Assembly: GCF_009914755.1 (NCBI RefSeq)
Contig: NC_060930.1
DNA from: the human T2T-CHM13v2.0 reference genome, Homo sapiens
Reading direction: 5' to 3' (one strand)
Length of the DNA: 64,000 bases
In this document: one piece after another, positions 40,440-52,419 of the stretch
How the letters are laid out: every line of letters starts with the position of its first letter
How positions within the stretch are numbered: the stretch's first letter is position 1
Program-made: the position numbers and the translations under genes
Notes under the pieces: model-generated
Database searches by the model: none
Told to the model about the DNA's origin: nothing
Seen by the model: only the letters and a program-made list of their open reading frames with translations

Positions 40440-41271
40440 ATGGCCCTCCCTTGTCATAATTTTTCTCTTTACTGTTCTCTTACCCCCTTTCACACTCACT
40501 GCACCTCCTCCATGCTGCTGTACTACCAGTAGCTCCCCTTACCAAGAGCTTCTATGAAGAATGCGGCTTCCCGAATATATTAATGCCCCATTGTATAGGA
40601 GTTTTTCTAAATGAAACCCCACTTTCACCCCCACATCCATATGCCCCGCAACTGCTATAACTCTGCCACTCTTTGCATGCAAGCAAATACTCATTATTGG
40701 ACAGGGAAAATAATTACTCCCAGTTGTCCTGGGGGCTTGGAGCCACTGTCTGTTGGACCTTACTTCACCCATACCAGTATGTCTGATGGGGGTGGAGTTC
40801 AAGATCAGGCAAGAGAAAAACATGTAAAGGAAGTAATCTCCCAATTGACTCAGGTACATAGCACCCCTAGCCCCTACAAAGGACTAGACCTCTCAAAACT
40901 ACATGAAACCCTCCATACCCATACTCACCTGGTAAGCCTATTTAATACCACCCTCACTGGGCTCCATGAAGTCTCGGCCCAAAACCCTACTAACTGTTGG
41001 ATGTGCCTCCCCCTGCACTTCAGGCCTACATTTCAATCCCTGTATCTTTAACCTCCTTGTTAAGTTTATCTCTTCCAGAATCGAAGCTGTAAAACTACAA
41101 ATCGTTCTTCAAATGAAGCCCCAGATGCAGTCCATGACTAAGATCTACTGTGGACCCCTGGACCAGCCTGCTAGTTCATGCTCTGATGTTGATGACATTG
41201 AAGGCACCCCTCCTGAGGAAATCTCAACTGCACGACCCCTACTACGCCCCAATTCAGCAGGAAGTAGTTAA
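40440..41271 (+). pseudogene. Defective HERV-W env (syncytin-1 paralog)
   Basis: Starts ATGGCCCTCCCT. Peptides HMPRNCYNSATLCMQANTHYWTGK, SDGGGVQDQAREKHVKEVISQL and PCIFNLLVKFISSRIEAVKLQ...RPNSAGSS*. Disabled by an early +1 frameshift, stops at 40555 and 40612, and a ~0.8-kb internal deletion. Confidence 0.95.
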
Positions 41272-41327
41272 GAGGTCGTCGGCCAACCTCTCCAACAGCA
41301 CTTGGGTTTTCCTGTTGAGAGGGGGAC

Positions 41328-41655
41328 TGAGAGACAGGACAAGCTGGATTTCCTAGGCCAACTAAGAATTCCTAAGCCTAGCTGGGGAAGGAGACCGCAC
41401 CCACCTCTAAACACGGGGCTTGTAACTCAGCTCACACCCAACCCATCAGGTGGTAAAAAGGGCTCACTAAAATACCAATTAGACTAAAAAGAGGAGGTAA
41501 AGAAATAGTCAGATCATCTATTGCCTGAGAGCACAGGGGGAGGGACAATGATCGGGATATAAACCTAGGCATTTGAGCCGGATGGGTAACCCCCTTTGGG
41601 TCACTTCCCGTTGTATGGGAGCTCTGTTTTCACTCTATCAAATCTTGCAATTGCA
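41328..41655 (+). promoter_or_regulatory. LTR17 U3-R of the HERV-W copy
   Basis: Starts TGAGAGACAGGAC after the PPT. CCAAT at 41475-41479, TATAAA at 41558-41563, poly(A) signal reads ATCAAA at 41637-41642. Confidence 0.88.
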
Positions 41656-42593
41656 AAACAAAAAACAAAAAACACTGGTTTGCAGTGTATGTATACACAC
41701 ACACACGTGCATAAACACATATTCACACATATGTACACATACATACATGTATGTGTTTTACAGCAATTTGAGGTGGGCATAGGCATATCATTTATTCATT
41801 AACCCCCCCAACAGAAAACTACTGACATTTACTATTCACAGCAGGGAGTCCTATAAAGACTCCCTGAGTCTTTTAATCATCTTTTAATCTTCCCGCACCA
41901 CTTTCCTATGAAAGAGAAATTTGTAGATGGCACACTTGTTTCATTTGAAATAAGCACTCATGGATTTTCATCCGAGTGAACACACATTAAGTCCACATTA
42001 CAATTAAGTGAAGTGATGAAATTTGAAAGAATGTATGAAGATAGCTTTTTATAGTATATAAATTGTGATTCGCGGACTTTTTCATTACTTTGTGTGTATA
42101 TATTACTCCTTTCCTTGAAAAGCAGTGGCAGCCTTTTAAACATTTCTATAGTTTTTGTGGACCTAAACAAAAACACACACTAAAGAAGAATTGTGAAATT
42201 AAGAATTGCCCGGTGTGTGCAGTGTGATTTTAGAGTAATAAAGTTTGTTTTCTGGTGAATAAACTATGTATTTCCCATTCAAAGTAACTTGCTTGAAAGT
42301 TATATTAATATATGGATACCTAAAGTGCTAAAAACACTTTACCATTTTTTGAAATAATTTACAGTTCATTTGCAAAAACAAAAAACAAGCATTACTTTCA
42401 GACACCTACTGTAGCTGTCATTTATATACCTTGGAGAACACATATGTTGGTGGGTATCTTATCACAGACTGTAATATTTTTTCAGTAAAAGTATGTTGAC
42501 ATTTTTATTTTATATTGTTGCTATTTATAATTAGTTTCATTAAAAATTCCAAACACTTGAAAAGGTAAAATGAAAATTTAAAAAAATAGTCCA

Positions 42594-43479
42594 GGCTGGG
42601 TTTGGTGGCTCACACCTGTAAGCCCAGCACTTTTTGAGGCTGAGGCAGGCAGATCACGAGGTCAAGAGTTTGAGACCAGCTTGACCAACATGGTGAAACC
42701 TCATCTCTACTAAAATTACAAAAATTAGCCAGGCATGGTCTGGGCTGAAGCACTGAACTCGGGAGGTGGAGGTTGCAGTGAGCCGAGATCACGCCACTGC
42801 ACTCCAGCCTGGGTGACAGTGAGACTCTATCTCAAAAAAAAAAAAAAAAAAAAAAAAAAGTTCAAGTAGGTAATGACTCTATATGGGCTTAAGGTTTATT
42901 TTTTAGGTAATAAAAAAGTTCTAAAATTAGATAGTAATGATAGTTGCACGACTCTGTAAATATATTAAAAATTATTGACTTGTATTCTTAAAAATGGGTG
43001 ATATGTAAATGATTTCTCAATAAAACTGTTCTTTAGAAAAGTTAGCCTTCAATGAGACTATTCACAATTTTTATAGGCAGATCTGAAGTCTGAAAATAAT
43101 TTATCATGCACGGTAGTAAGAGTATTTTGTAGGATCCGATTGTTTAAAAAGATATTTGGAAATGCCATCTCATTTTAAACTTTCCCTCTTTTTTTTTTTT
43201 TGAGACAGAGTCTTACACTGTTACCCAGGCTGGAGTGGTACAGTAGTGTGATCATAGCCTACTGCAGCCTCAAATTCCTGGGCTCAAAGGATCCTCCCAC
43301 CTCAGCCTCCTGAATAGCTGGGACCACGGGTGCATGCCATCATGCCTGGCTAATTTTTTTTATAGAGATGAGGTCTCACTATGTTGCCGAGGCTGGTTTC
43401 AAACTCCTGGTGTCAAACCATCCTCCTGCCTCGGCCTTTCTAAACGCTGAGATTACAGGCATAAGCCACAGTGCCTGGC
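42594..43479. mobile_element. AluS (+, 42594-42859, right arm internally deleted) and AluJ (-, 43189-43479)
   Basis: Alu consensus. Confidence 0.9.
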
Positions 43480-43669
43480 TTAAATCTTTCCTCTATTTAA
43501 CATTCAGATTGTATGTCTTTCCCTCTCTTGGATAATATTTCCTATAAAGACTTAGGGAGTCTTTAAAAAACATCACAATTATTGAATGGCCTACTTTAAA
43601 AAATATCATATAAGTCATATGAGAGTATGCTCTTCCTGTAAAAAAATTAAAATAATATAAAAGTATATC

Positions 43670-44278
43670 AATATGATAGCCGTCAACTGCATGTAGCTAC
43701 TAAGCCCTTAAAACATTGTAGCTGGTCTGAATTCAGATGTGCTGTAAAAACTTACTACCAAAAAAAAAAAAAGAATTTAAAATATCTCAATAATAAGTGC
43801 TTTACACTGATTACATGTTAAAATGATATTTTAGTTTAAAAATATTACAATCAATTTCATTTGTTTCCTTTTACATTTTTAGTGTGGCTACTAGGAGATT
43901 AAAATTATATTTCTGTCTAAGTCCATTTTCTGTTACTAAATTGAGTATCACAGACTGAGTAATTTATAAAGAATAGTTCATGGTTCTGGATGCTGGGAAA
44001 TCCAAGGTTGAGGGGTTGGCATATGGTGAGGACCTTTGTGCTGTGTCATTCCATCGCAGAAGAGCAAGGGAGTGAGTACTAAAGAGGGAAAGCACAATGG
44101 GCTTGGCTCCCTTTACAACATCCCACTCCCTCAATAATGACAATAAAACATTCATGAGAGCTCCATGATTCAATCACCTCTCATCAGCCCATCTCCTAAC
44201 ACTGCTACACTGGGGACCAAGTTTCAGCATGAGTTTTGGAGGGGACAAACGTGTAATCATAGCAATTTCTTTGGACAG
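43670..44278. mobile_element. MER33/MER3-type hAT-Charlie element split by the LTR
   Basis: gctggtctgaattcagatgtgctgtaa...tgattacatgtt...tgtggctactag; the terminal ttggacag resumes after the LTR. Confidence 0.65.
43914..44264 (-). mobile_element. MLT1A/MSTD-like solo LTR inserted in MER33
   Basis: TG...CA termini, 5-bp TSD ATTTC (43909-43913 / 44265-44269), and catgagttttggaggggacaaac. Confidence 0.8.
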
Positions 44279-44329
44279 AGATACAGTGTCTCCTCTGGGT
44301 CCCCACTAGGTTCATCATCCTTCCACTCT

Positions 44330-44810
44330 ACTTCCTTCCCCAGAAGTTATCTCTTTTATAGCTTAGCATATTTTCTTTCAGATTTTTGCTATATGTTTTT
44401 AACATATGTTTATAAACATATAGCAAATGCTATGCATTTACAACCATGGAACAAATGCTATGCATTTTTCCATAAAAATGTGTTCATACTATACATATGG
44501 TACTACAACTTGCTTTATTCACTTAGTTTGAAGACTTTTCTATGTCACAAAATATGGAACCACCTAATTCTTTTTAATGATGGTTATTTATTTATAGTAT
44601 GGATGTACCACAATATTCTCCAGACCCCACTAAAAAATATTTAGGTCATGTCCTATTCTCTATTATTGTAAACACTGCTGCACCGAACATCTTCATACAT
44701 ATATCCATGTGCATATGTAGGGTATTTCTGTAGGACATATCTGTACAAGTGAAATTACAGGATCAAAGAGTATGACATTTAAAACTGTGTTAGATAACTC
44801 CTAAATGAGT
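44330..44810 (-). mobile_element. Old L1ME-like fragment
   Basis: attctttttaatga...gtatggatgtaccacaat...tattgtaaacactgctgca...aacatcttcatacatatatc...gaaattacaggatcaaagagtat. Confidence 0.6.
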
Positions 44811-45369
44811 TATTTTACTTTCAAAGCAAAAAGAGAAACCATTTGTTTTTTGACCATCTATAACTTCTCCATAAGTCTCTGAAATAACAAGGACATAAAC
44901 TTCATGTCCAGGATTCAGAAAAGAAAAACAATTCTAACTTATGCCCTGACATCAGCCCAGACTTAGCCATTGACTATTATGGTGGGCACCTTCTTGAGGG
45001 ACCCTGATAATGATTCCCTTTTTTCTTGAAATGCTTCCTCTCCCTTCCCCACTGAGATTATACAGTGGGTAGTAGCTGCCATGTCTGTTCTATGTGACCC
45101 TCAGTCTCCCCAACCCTGGTTGAGTGACCCAGAGCTGAGCAACAGGCCCAATCAAAGGCCCTTAGCTTCTTTCTCCAGGGAATCTGAAATTCAGGGTTAT
45201 CTGGGAGTTGCCAGAGGCAATGCTCCAGAGCTACATTTACAAACTTCAGTTATTTACTTATCACTTTTTGTCATTTCTGCATATTCCGCATGTACTCTTA
45301 TATACGTAACGCTTTTCTTTAGATTTTACCTTTAAGTCCTTTCTTAGGATTTTTATCTATGTATAGAGA

Positions 45370-45620
45370 CACCACATAGCATAGAACTTAAAAGAGCAGA
45401 TTCTAGAGCCAGGTTGCCTAGATTCACATCCCAGCTATTCCACTTAATAGCTGCGTGAGCTGGATCAATGTGCTCAGCTACTCTCAGTGCCCAGTCGTTT
45501 CATCTGTAAAATGGTGGTAACAATAGCACATGTGTCAAAGTGTCATGGGGGTTAAATTACTGTATATCTAGTCCTTAGAACAATAACTTCAATAGTAAGT
45601 GCTTACTAAATATTACCTAT
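45370..45620 (+). mobile_element. MIR
   Basis: ttctagagccag...cccagct...tttcatctgtaaaatgg. Confidence 0.65.
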
Positions 45621-47095
45621 TACTGATTTTAAACCAACTCATCTTTCCATTTAAATAAATCTTTAGAGAAAAGTTGACATACCAACTATCTGGTAAGTAT
45701 CGCTCAAAAGTGAGTCACCCACAAAGCAGCAATACCTGAACCTGTGGTGACAGGGAGTCATCCATTATACGACCACAGGCACTCCTGTGGGGAAATCCTG
45801 GGCTTGGCACAGACCACAGAGTCCTCTGGACTTCTGGATGCTCCTCTCGGTGGTGGGCAATACTTTCCTGCTCCTCCAGTCCCCTCTTTATCCCCCAGCC
45901 CTGACCAGTCATTGAAATCCCTTTCATAAACCTGTGAAAAATCACTGATTTAGACTTTCAGCAGAGCAGAAAGGTCTACTGAATAACTTAAAGTCTCATA
46001 GGTTTTAGATATTAGAACTATTATCCAGGTGCCCCAACTCCCAGACAATGCTTCTACAATCAATAAATTTTTTTCATCAGCAAATACTTTTTTTTTCATA
46101 TTAACACCATACCTTCTTGAAAAGAAAATTGCTAAATATTTCAAGTAATGTCAATGTTTGGATCAAGGACAACTCTAGAGGGGTGGCAAGTGTGGCTTCT
46201 GAGTCCCGGTCCCCCTCCAGCACTTGGTCATTTTCCACTTCAGGTATCTATGGCCCTCTTGCTCTTACCATGCCTCCTCACATCAGAACCTTTCTCTGGG
46301 AAGAACCGTAAGTCATTTACGCTTTAGGGTGAGTTTAAGTTCATCTAAATGAAAAATTTTGTTATAAGAAAGCTCTGATTTTGAATCCTGGCTTCATTTT
46401 CTATCACATGTAGAATCTTACAAGTTATTTCATCCTCCAAAGCCTTGGTTTCCTCATTTCCAAATGGGATTAACAACAGTTATTTCATAGGACTGTTGTA
46501 AGGAGGAAATTCCATTCATTATGCAAGCAACAGGGATTCATGTAATGTCAAGTATCTACTGGGCAGCAGACATGGTCTATTCCTAATTACACCAATTATT
46601 TAGAGGTGTGGACAGATAACTAATGTCTTCTTTTTTTTGCTTTTCTGGACAAGTGGGCCTAATTCTCCAGCTTTATTTATTCATTCAAGAAAAGGTTAAG
46701 TACCTCTTATGTGGAAGGTACCCCAGAACATTGGGAATACAGAGTAGATTAAAAGTTGGTTCCAGAAACTTACAGTCTAGTGCGGAGGGGCCTTAACATT
46801 ATATTTAGACCTTCCTAAGCTAGATCCAAATTTAAGACTCTTTTCAGAATAGAAGAATATTGAGGATACCCATCATCTAACCTGGTACCTCATTTTACAG
46901 TCGTAGAAATCAATGCCTGGAAATTCTAAGTACTTTGTTCAATGTCATACAGATAGTTACCCAAAGAGGACAAGTACCCCAAGGCCATATGGGTGACAGA
47001 AGTACAATCCTTATCTTTGAATCTTTTTTCTAATTCCTGATGCCCGCCCACAGAAACTGACTAAACAACTTAAGCATAAGTTTTCTGTTTGTAAG

Positions 47096-47450
47096 TGATA
47101 TGGTTTGGCTGTGTCCCCACCCAAATTCATCTTGAATTCCCATGTGTTGTGGGAGGGACCTGGTGGGAAGTAACTGAATCATGGGGGCAGGTCTTTCCCG
47201 TGCTGTTCTCGTGATAGTGAATAAGTCTCATGAGATCTGATGGTTTTGAAAAATGGGAGTCTCTCTGCACAAACTCTCTCTTTGCCTGCTGCCATCAATG
47301 TAAGATGTGACTTGCTCCTCCTTGCCTTCTGCCATGATTGTGAGGCTTCCCCAGCCACGTGGAACTGTAAGTCCAATCAAACCTCTTTCCTTTGTAAATT
47401 GCCCAGACTTGGGTATGTCTTTATCAGCAGCATGAAAACGGACTAATACA
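47096..47450 (+). mobile_element. THE1 (THE1A/B) solo LTR
   Basis: TGATATGGTTTGGCTGTGTCCCCACCCAAAT...GCATGAAAACGGACTAATACA, TSD GTAAG/GTAAA. Confidence 0.93.
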
Positions 47451-50400
47451 GTAAATTGCTCAAAAAAATTGTTTAATGACAAAATAAAACCAGGTAGTAC
47501 TGAATAATCAGATCCTTTTATGATGCTGGAATGCATATGTTCCAGAAATTATAATTTATTGGTGGTCCTTCAGATATAGTATGCAGATGTATTATTATAC
47601 AAGGTTTTTAAAAAATTGAACTAATATCTGACAAGCAATTTTAAAAGTCAATTAACACTGACTATAAGGTACAAAACAAAGGTTATCAGAGATGAATTTT
47701 ATAATCAAATTACTAAGTCTGCCTTTTTCTGCACAATAAACAGAAACAGTGACATCTGAAAATGCCCCTTTCACCTCAGAAAATGTGTTGTTTGCAAAAG
47801 ACGTTAAGTTTGCAAATCTTTGTTTCAGGTCTCAAATAGTTATAAGCATAAGGATCTGATTTTCACAGAGACCTCTAAGACCACATTACTTTTGGTTGTA
47901 CCTTCTTCTCTCCCACACTTATCTTTCTCTTTTCCTGTGTCTGCCCATGACTTCTCATTCTGGCATTCTGGATATATCCACTTTTGGAAAAGGCAGATAA
48001 TATGGCTTATTGAAGTAGGCACACATTCTGTGAACATGCATTTTTAACAAATAACTAATAAAATGTACTTTAGAAGGATGTCCAAATGTGCACATGGTTC
48101 TACAACCTCATATTTTCTGAGCACCTGTGATGTGCTTGGTGATGCCTTTACACCATAAACACAATCACAATCCTTCTCAAGGACCTTAAAGCCTGGCATG
48201 GATAAAAATAATAATAATCAGAAACAGAGATATCTGAAAATGTCCCCTGTTCATCTCAGAGAATACATGAACTTTTTCACAAAGGGATAGAACTACGCAT
48301 TCAAATCAGCGTACTTGATTCAAACTACTTGATTGAAACTACGCATTCAAATCAGAGTACGCATTCAAATCAGGGTACTTGAAGCTCATCTGATATACCT
48401 CCAACTCACAGATGGGGCACTTCTACTTTTTAAGCCTTTTTTTTTTTTTTAAACAGGCAGTTGAGAGGGTGGCTGTCTATATTATTGTACTTATTCTGAC
48501 CAAACTGTGCAATGTCTTTATACTTTTCCAAGTAACCTGACCTTTTCCCATTTCTTGTGGGTATTATATTACCTTTCACGTCTTTATATATTTCCACATT
48601 TAATCATCTTGGCATGTTGCTACCATTATTGTCTTCCCTATTCACTGGTCTAGTTAATTCCTGTGTCCACAGTAGGGTTCTTTTTTAAAAAGGAAACCAG
48701 CTTCCTTTTACCACTCTGCATTCTTAGACTTTCTTCCAATGAAGTTCAATCACTTAAAGAGTAATATAAGCCAACAGTAATTATTTTACAAATACTGATG
48801 ACTCCTCTCTTTACAAATGAGTGTATTTGTAAGTAAGCTTTGAAGATAGTAAGGCTATAAGGAATAAGATAAATGTGAAATATCTGAGTAGAAGCCACCA
48901 ATTTCCCCCTTTAGAGGCCTTCCTGATAATTGATAATACCAAATGGTTCACAAACCAATTTAGAAGTCAAAGATGAGCACAACGTACTAAGAAAGGAGAA
49001 AGAATAATTTAACAGGCACTCAATTCAGATTACATATAAGCGCCATTACAACAAGCTAAAACTTGTTCACCTTAATCTATCTATATATTTCATGACTACA
49101 TGAAATAGCCTACTCCTGAGTTAATTAATGAAAAAACAAACTTTAAAAAACTAAATATTTTGATTATTTGTAACTTAAAAGAGAACAGGTAAAAATGGAA
49201 AGAACTGTTAACCTAGATTATCTGATTATAATTATTATCAACAAAATTATTTATGGAATATCTACTATGTGTTAGACCCTAGAAATATAAAGTATAAAAA
49301 GCATTTTTCTTTTATCGACGACTATGTATCAAGGTGTGAGTATGTATTCTTTCTCTTAAGGTAGTTTAAGACATGGTCTGTGTCCTGAGGGCTCATAGTT
49401 TAGTTGGAGATACAATACAATGAAATGAAAAGATTTAACAAGAAAATTATATAGTACATAAGTGTAAACTGAATGCCACAATCTATAACTGCTGTAGGGG
49501 TACACAGTTATGATCACTGAGGATTTGGGGGGAGGAATGGGAAGACTCCAAAGAAGAGGTGACAGCAAAGTTGTACTTCTCTTAGATGATGAGCACTTTA
49601 GATTACTGAATGCAAGGACGTTGCTGCTACACACCCACCCTACTCTCCATGCCATGCATGGCTGCCACCATAATGTGCTGGGGGGCTCCAGTCAGCTTGC
49701 TGCTGCTGCTGCTGATCCCAACAGGGCTCACTGCCCCTGCCAGACGATGAACAGAGTCGACAGCTGCCATGGAGTGGTATAAAAATGGCTGCAGCCAGCT
49801 GACTGAAACTGGAATATGGGTGGAGCACAGATTTAGCACAAAGGCTTGGGTGTCTCCTCTAGACAGTGCTTGAGGGAAAAAGAAATGAGAACAATACAGA
49901 AAAGGAGAAAAGTCCAGGAACATCCTTCATCTTCTAGCCACAGCCCCAAATGATTTGGATAAATTAAGGAGAAAAAAATAAATGAATTGTGAAAAAGTCA
50001 TTTTCACAGAGACAAAAGAAAGTTTTACTTAAATTAGGCTACCAAAGAAATATGAGTTAACAGTTGGTCTTAGATATCACTGAAGAATATTTACTGCCAG
50101 TTAATTATCAGAATGTCAAGTCATTATACTTCCTAATTTCACCTGCACATTTTCATCTGAGCACAATGCCCTGCTGTGGTCTAAAACAGAGGCCTACATA
50201 TTAATCAGAGTGGCCGTAACAGAGTTAACTCAGTTTGAAGAGAGCAGAGAAGCTAACTTAGACCTCTGTCTTCATTCTCATTCTGAAGAAAAGAATGAAG
50301 TCAAGATTTCTAACAAGAGGTGATACAGACAACACTCTGGCAAGCTGTTTCAAAAGATAAAAATGTACCCATTTGGCTTCTCTTTAAGTAATAATTTAGA

Positions 50401-50802
50401 TGGCTCCTAATTGAACTCTCCTTCCATTGCACAGGTCTTGGCCTACCTTAAGCCTTCTCTATGAAAAAGACTGAGCCAGGAGTCCTGAGGGCAAGGAGTG
50501 CTGGTGAAGCCCTGGTGCCCACAATGCAGGAACGGAAGGATGCTGGGGTGTGCCACAGGTGGCTTATGGTAGGTGGCTGTCATTGCGAATCCTTGATAAC
50601 ACATGCAATTCCATTTCTCTGTGTTTCTACAAAGTCCTTACATGATTATTCTAATTATATTATTAATGGCATATCTTAAGCTGTTACATGGCACTACCCA
50701 TAGTTGGATATTTATCATGTTAAATTATGAATTACAAACATTTCTTCATATAATATTTTACTTAAGTCCTAAAGCAAGAAAATCTAGAATAACGTACTAT
50801 AT

Positions 50803-50916
50803 TTGTCTGCTTGGATTGCCATAACAAAATACCACAGGCTGGGTGGCTTAAACAGACATTTATTTTCTCACAGATCTGGAGGCTAGAAGTCCAAGATAAA
50901 AGTGTCAGCAAATTCA
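50803..50916 (-). mobile_element. MLT1 (B-like) LTR end fragment
   Basis: gccataacaaaataccacaggctgggtggcttaaacagacatttattttctcacag...ggaggctagaagtccaagat. Confidence 0.8.
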
Positions 50917-51770
<854 letters not shown>

Positions 51771-51831
51771 CATTAAACTCAGTCCATTATAAAATACATT
51801 TAAAATTCAAGTATATTTAGCAAAAATAAAC

Positions 51832-52419
51832 TTTTTTTTTTTTTTTTGAAATGAAGTCTCATTCTGTTGCCCAGGTTGGAGTACAGTGTTGTGATCTCAG
51901 TTCACTGCAACCTCCGCCTCCTGGGTTCAAGTGATTCTCCTGCCTCAGCCTCCTGAGTAGCTGAGACAACAGGTGCACACCACCACGCCCAGCTAATTTT
52001 TGTATTTTTAGTAGAGATAGGGTTTCATCATGTTGGCCAGGATGGTCTTGATCTCCTGACTTTGTGATCCACCTGCCTTGGGCTCCCAAAATGCCACCAC
52101 AACCAGCTTTTTTTTTTTTTTTTTTGAGACAGGGTCTTGCTCTGTCACTCAGGGTGGAGTGCAGTGGTGCAATCATGGCTCACTGCAGCCTTGATCTCCC
52201 AGGCTTAAGTAATCCTTAAGTAATTCTCCCACCTCAGCCTCCCGAGTAGCTGGGACTACAAGTATGTGCCATCACTCCTGGTTAATTTTTTATTTTTTTG
52301 TACAGATGGGGGTTTCATTATGTTGCCCAGGCTAGTCTTGAACTCCTGGGCTCAAGTGCTCCTCCTGATTCAGCCTCCTAAAGTGCTGCAATTATAGGCA
52401 TGAGCCATGACACCCAGCC
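51832..52419 (-). mobile_element. Two tandem minus-strand Alus (AluSc-like 51832-52107, AluJ 52108-52419)
   Basis: Alu consensus. Confidence 0.9.

Larger units (their letters stand above)
40323..41671 (+). mobile_element. HERV-W (HERV17/LTR17) processed pseudogene, 5'-truncated, L1-mobilised
   Basis: End of pol region, then env, polypurine tract (about 41317-41327), U3-R only (no U5) and an A-rich tail. TSD ACACTGGTTT at 40313-40322 and 41672-41681, at a TT/AAAA L1 endonuclease site. Confidence 0.95.

Noticed and set aside
40611-41271. 146-aa and 101-aa env ORFs as functional proteins
   Set aside because: No signal peptide in frame, several frameshifts and stops, and the fusion machinery is deleted.
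44165-44644. 159-aa non-Alu ORF
   Set aside because: Spans an MLT1 LTR, the MER33 end and an antisense L1 fragment; a chance ORF.
48291-48382. Repeat-spacer pattern resembling a CRISPR array
   Set aside because: Human DNA, 16-bp repeats, irregular spacers that are themselves repeat-derived, and no cas genes.
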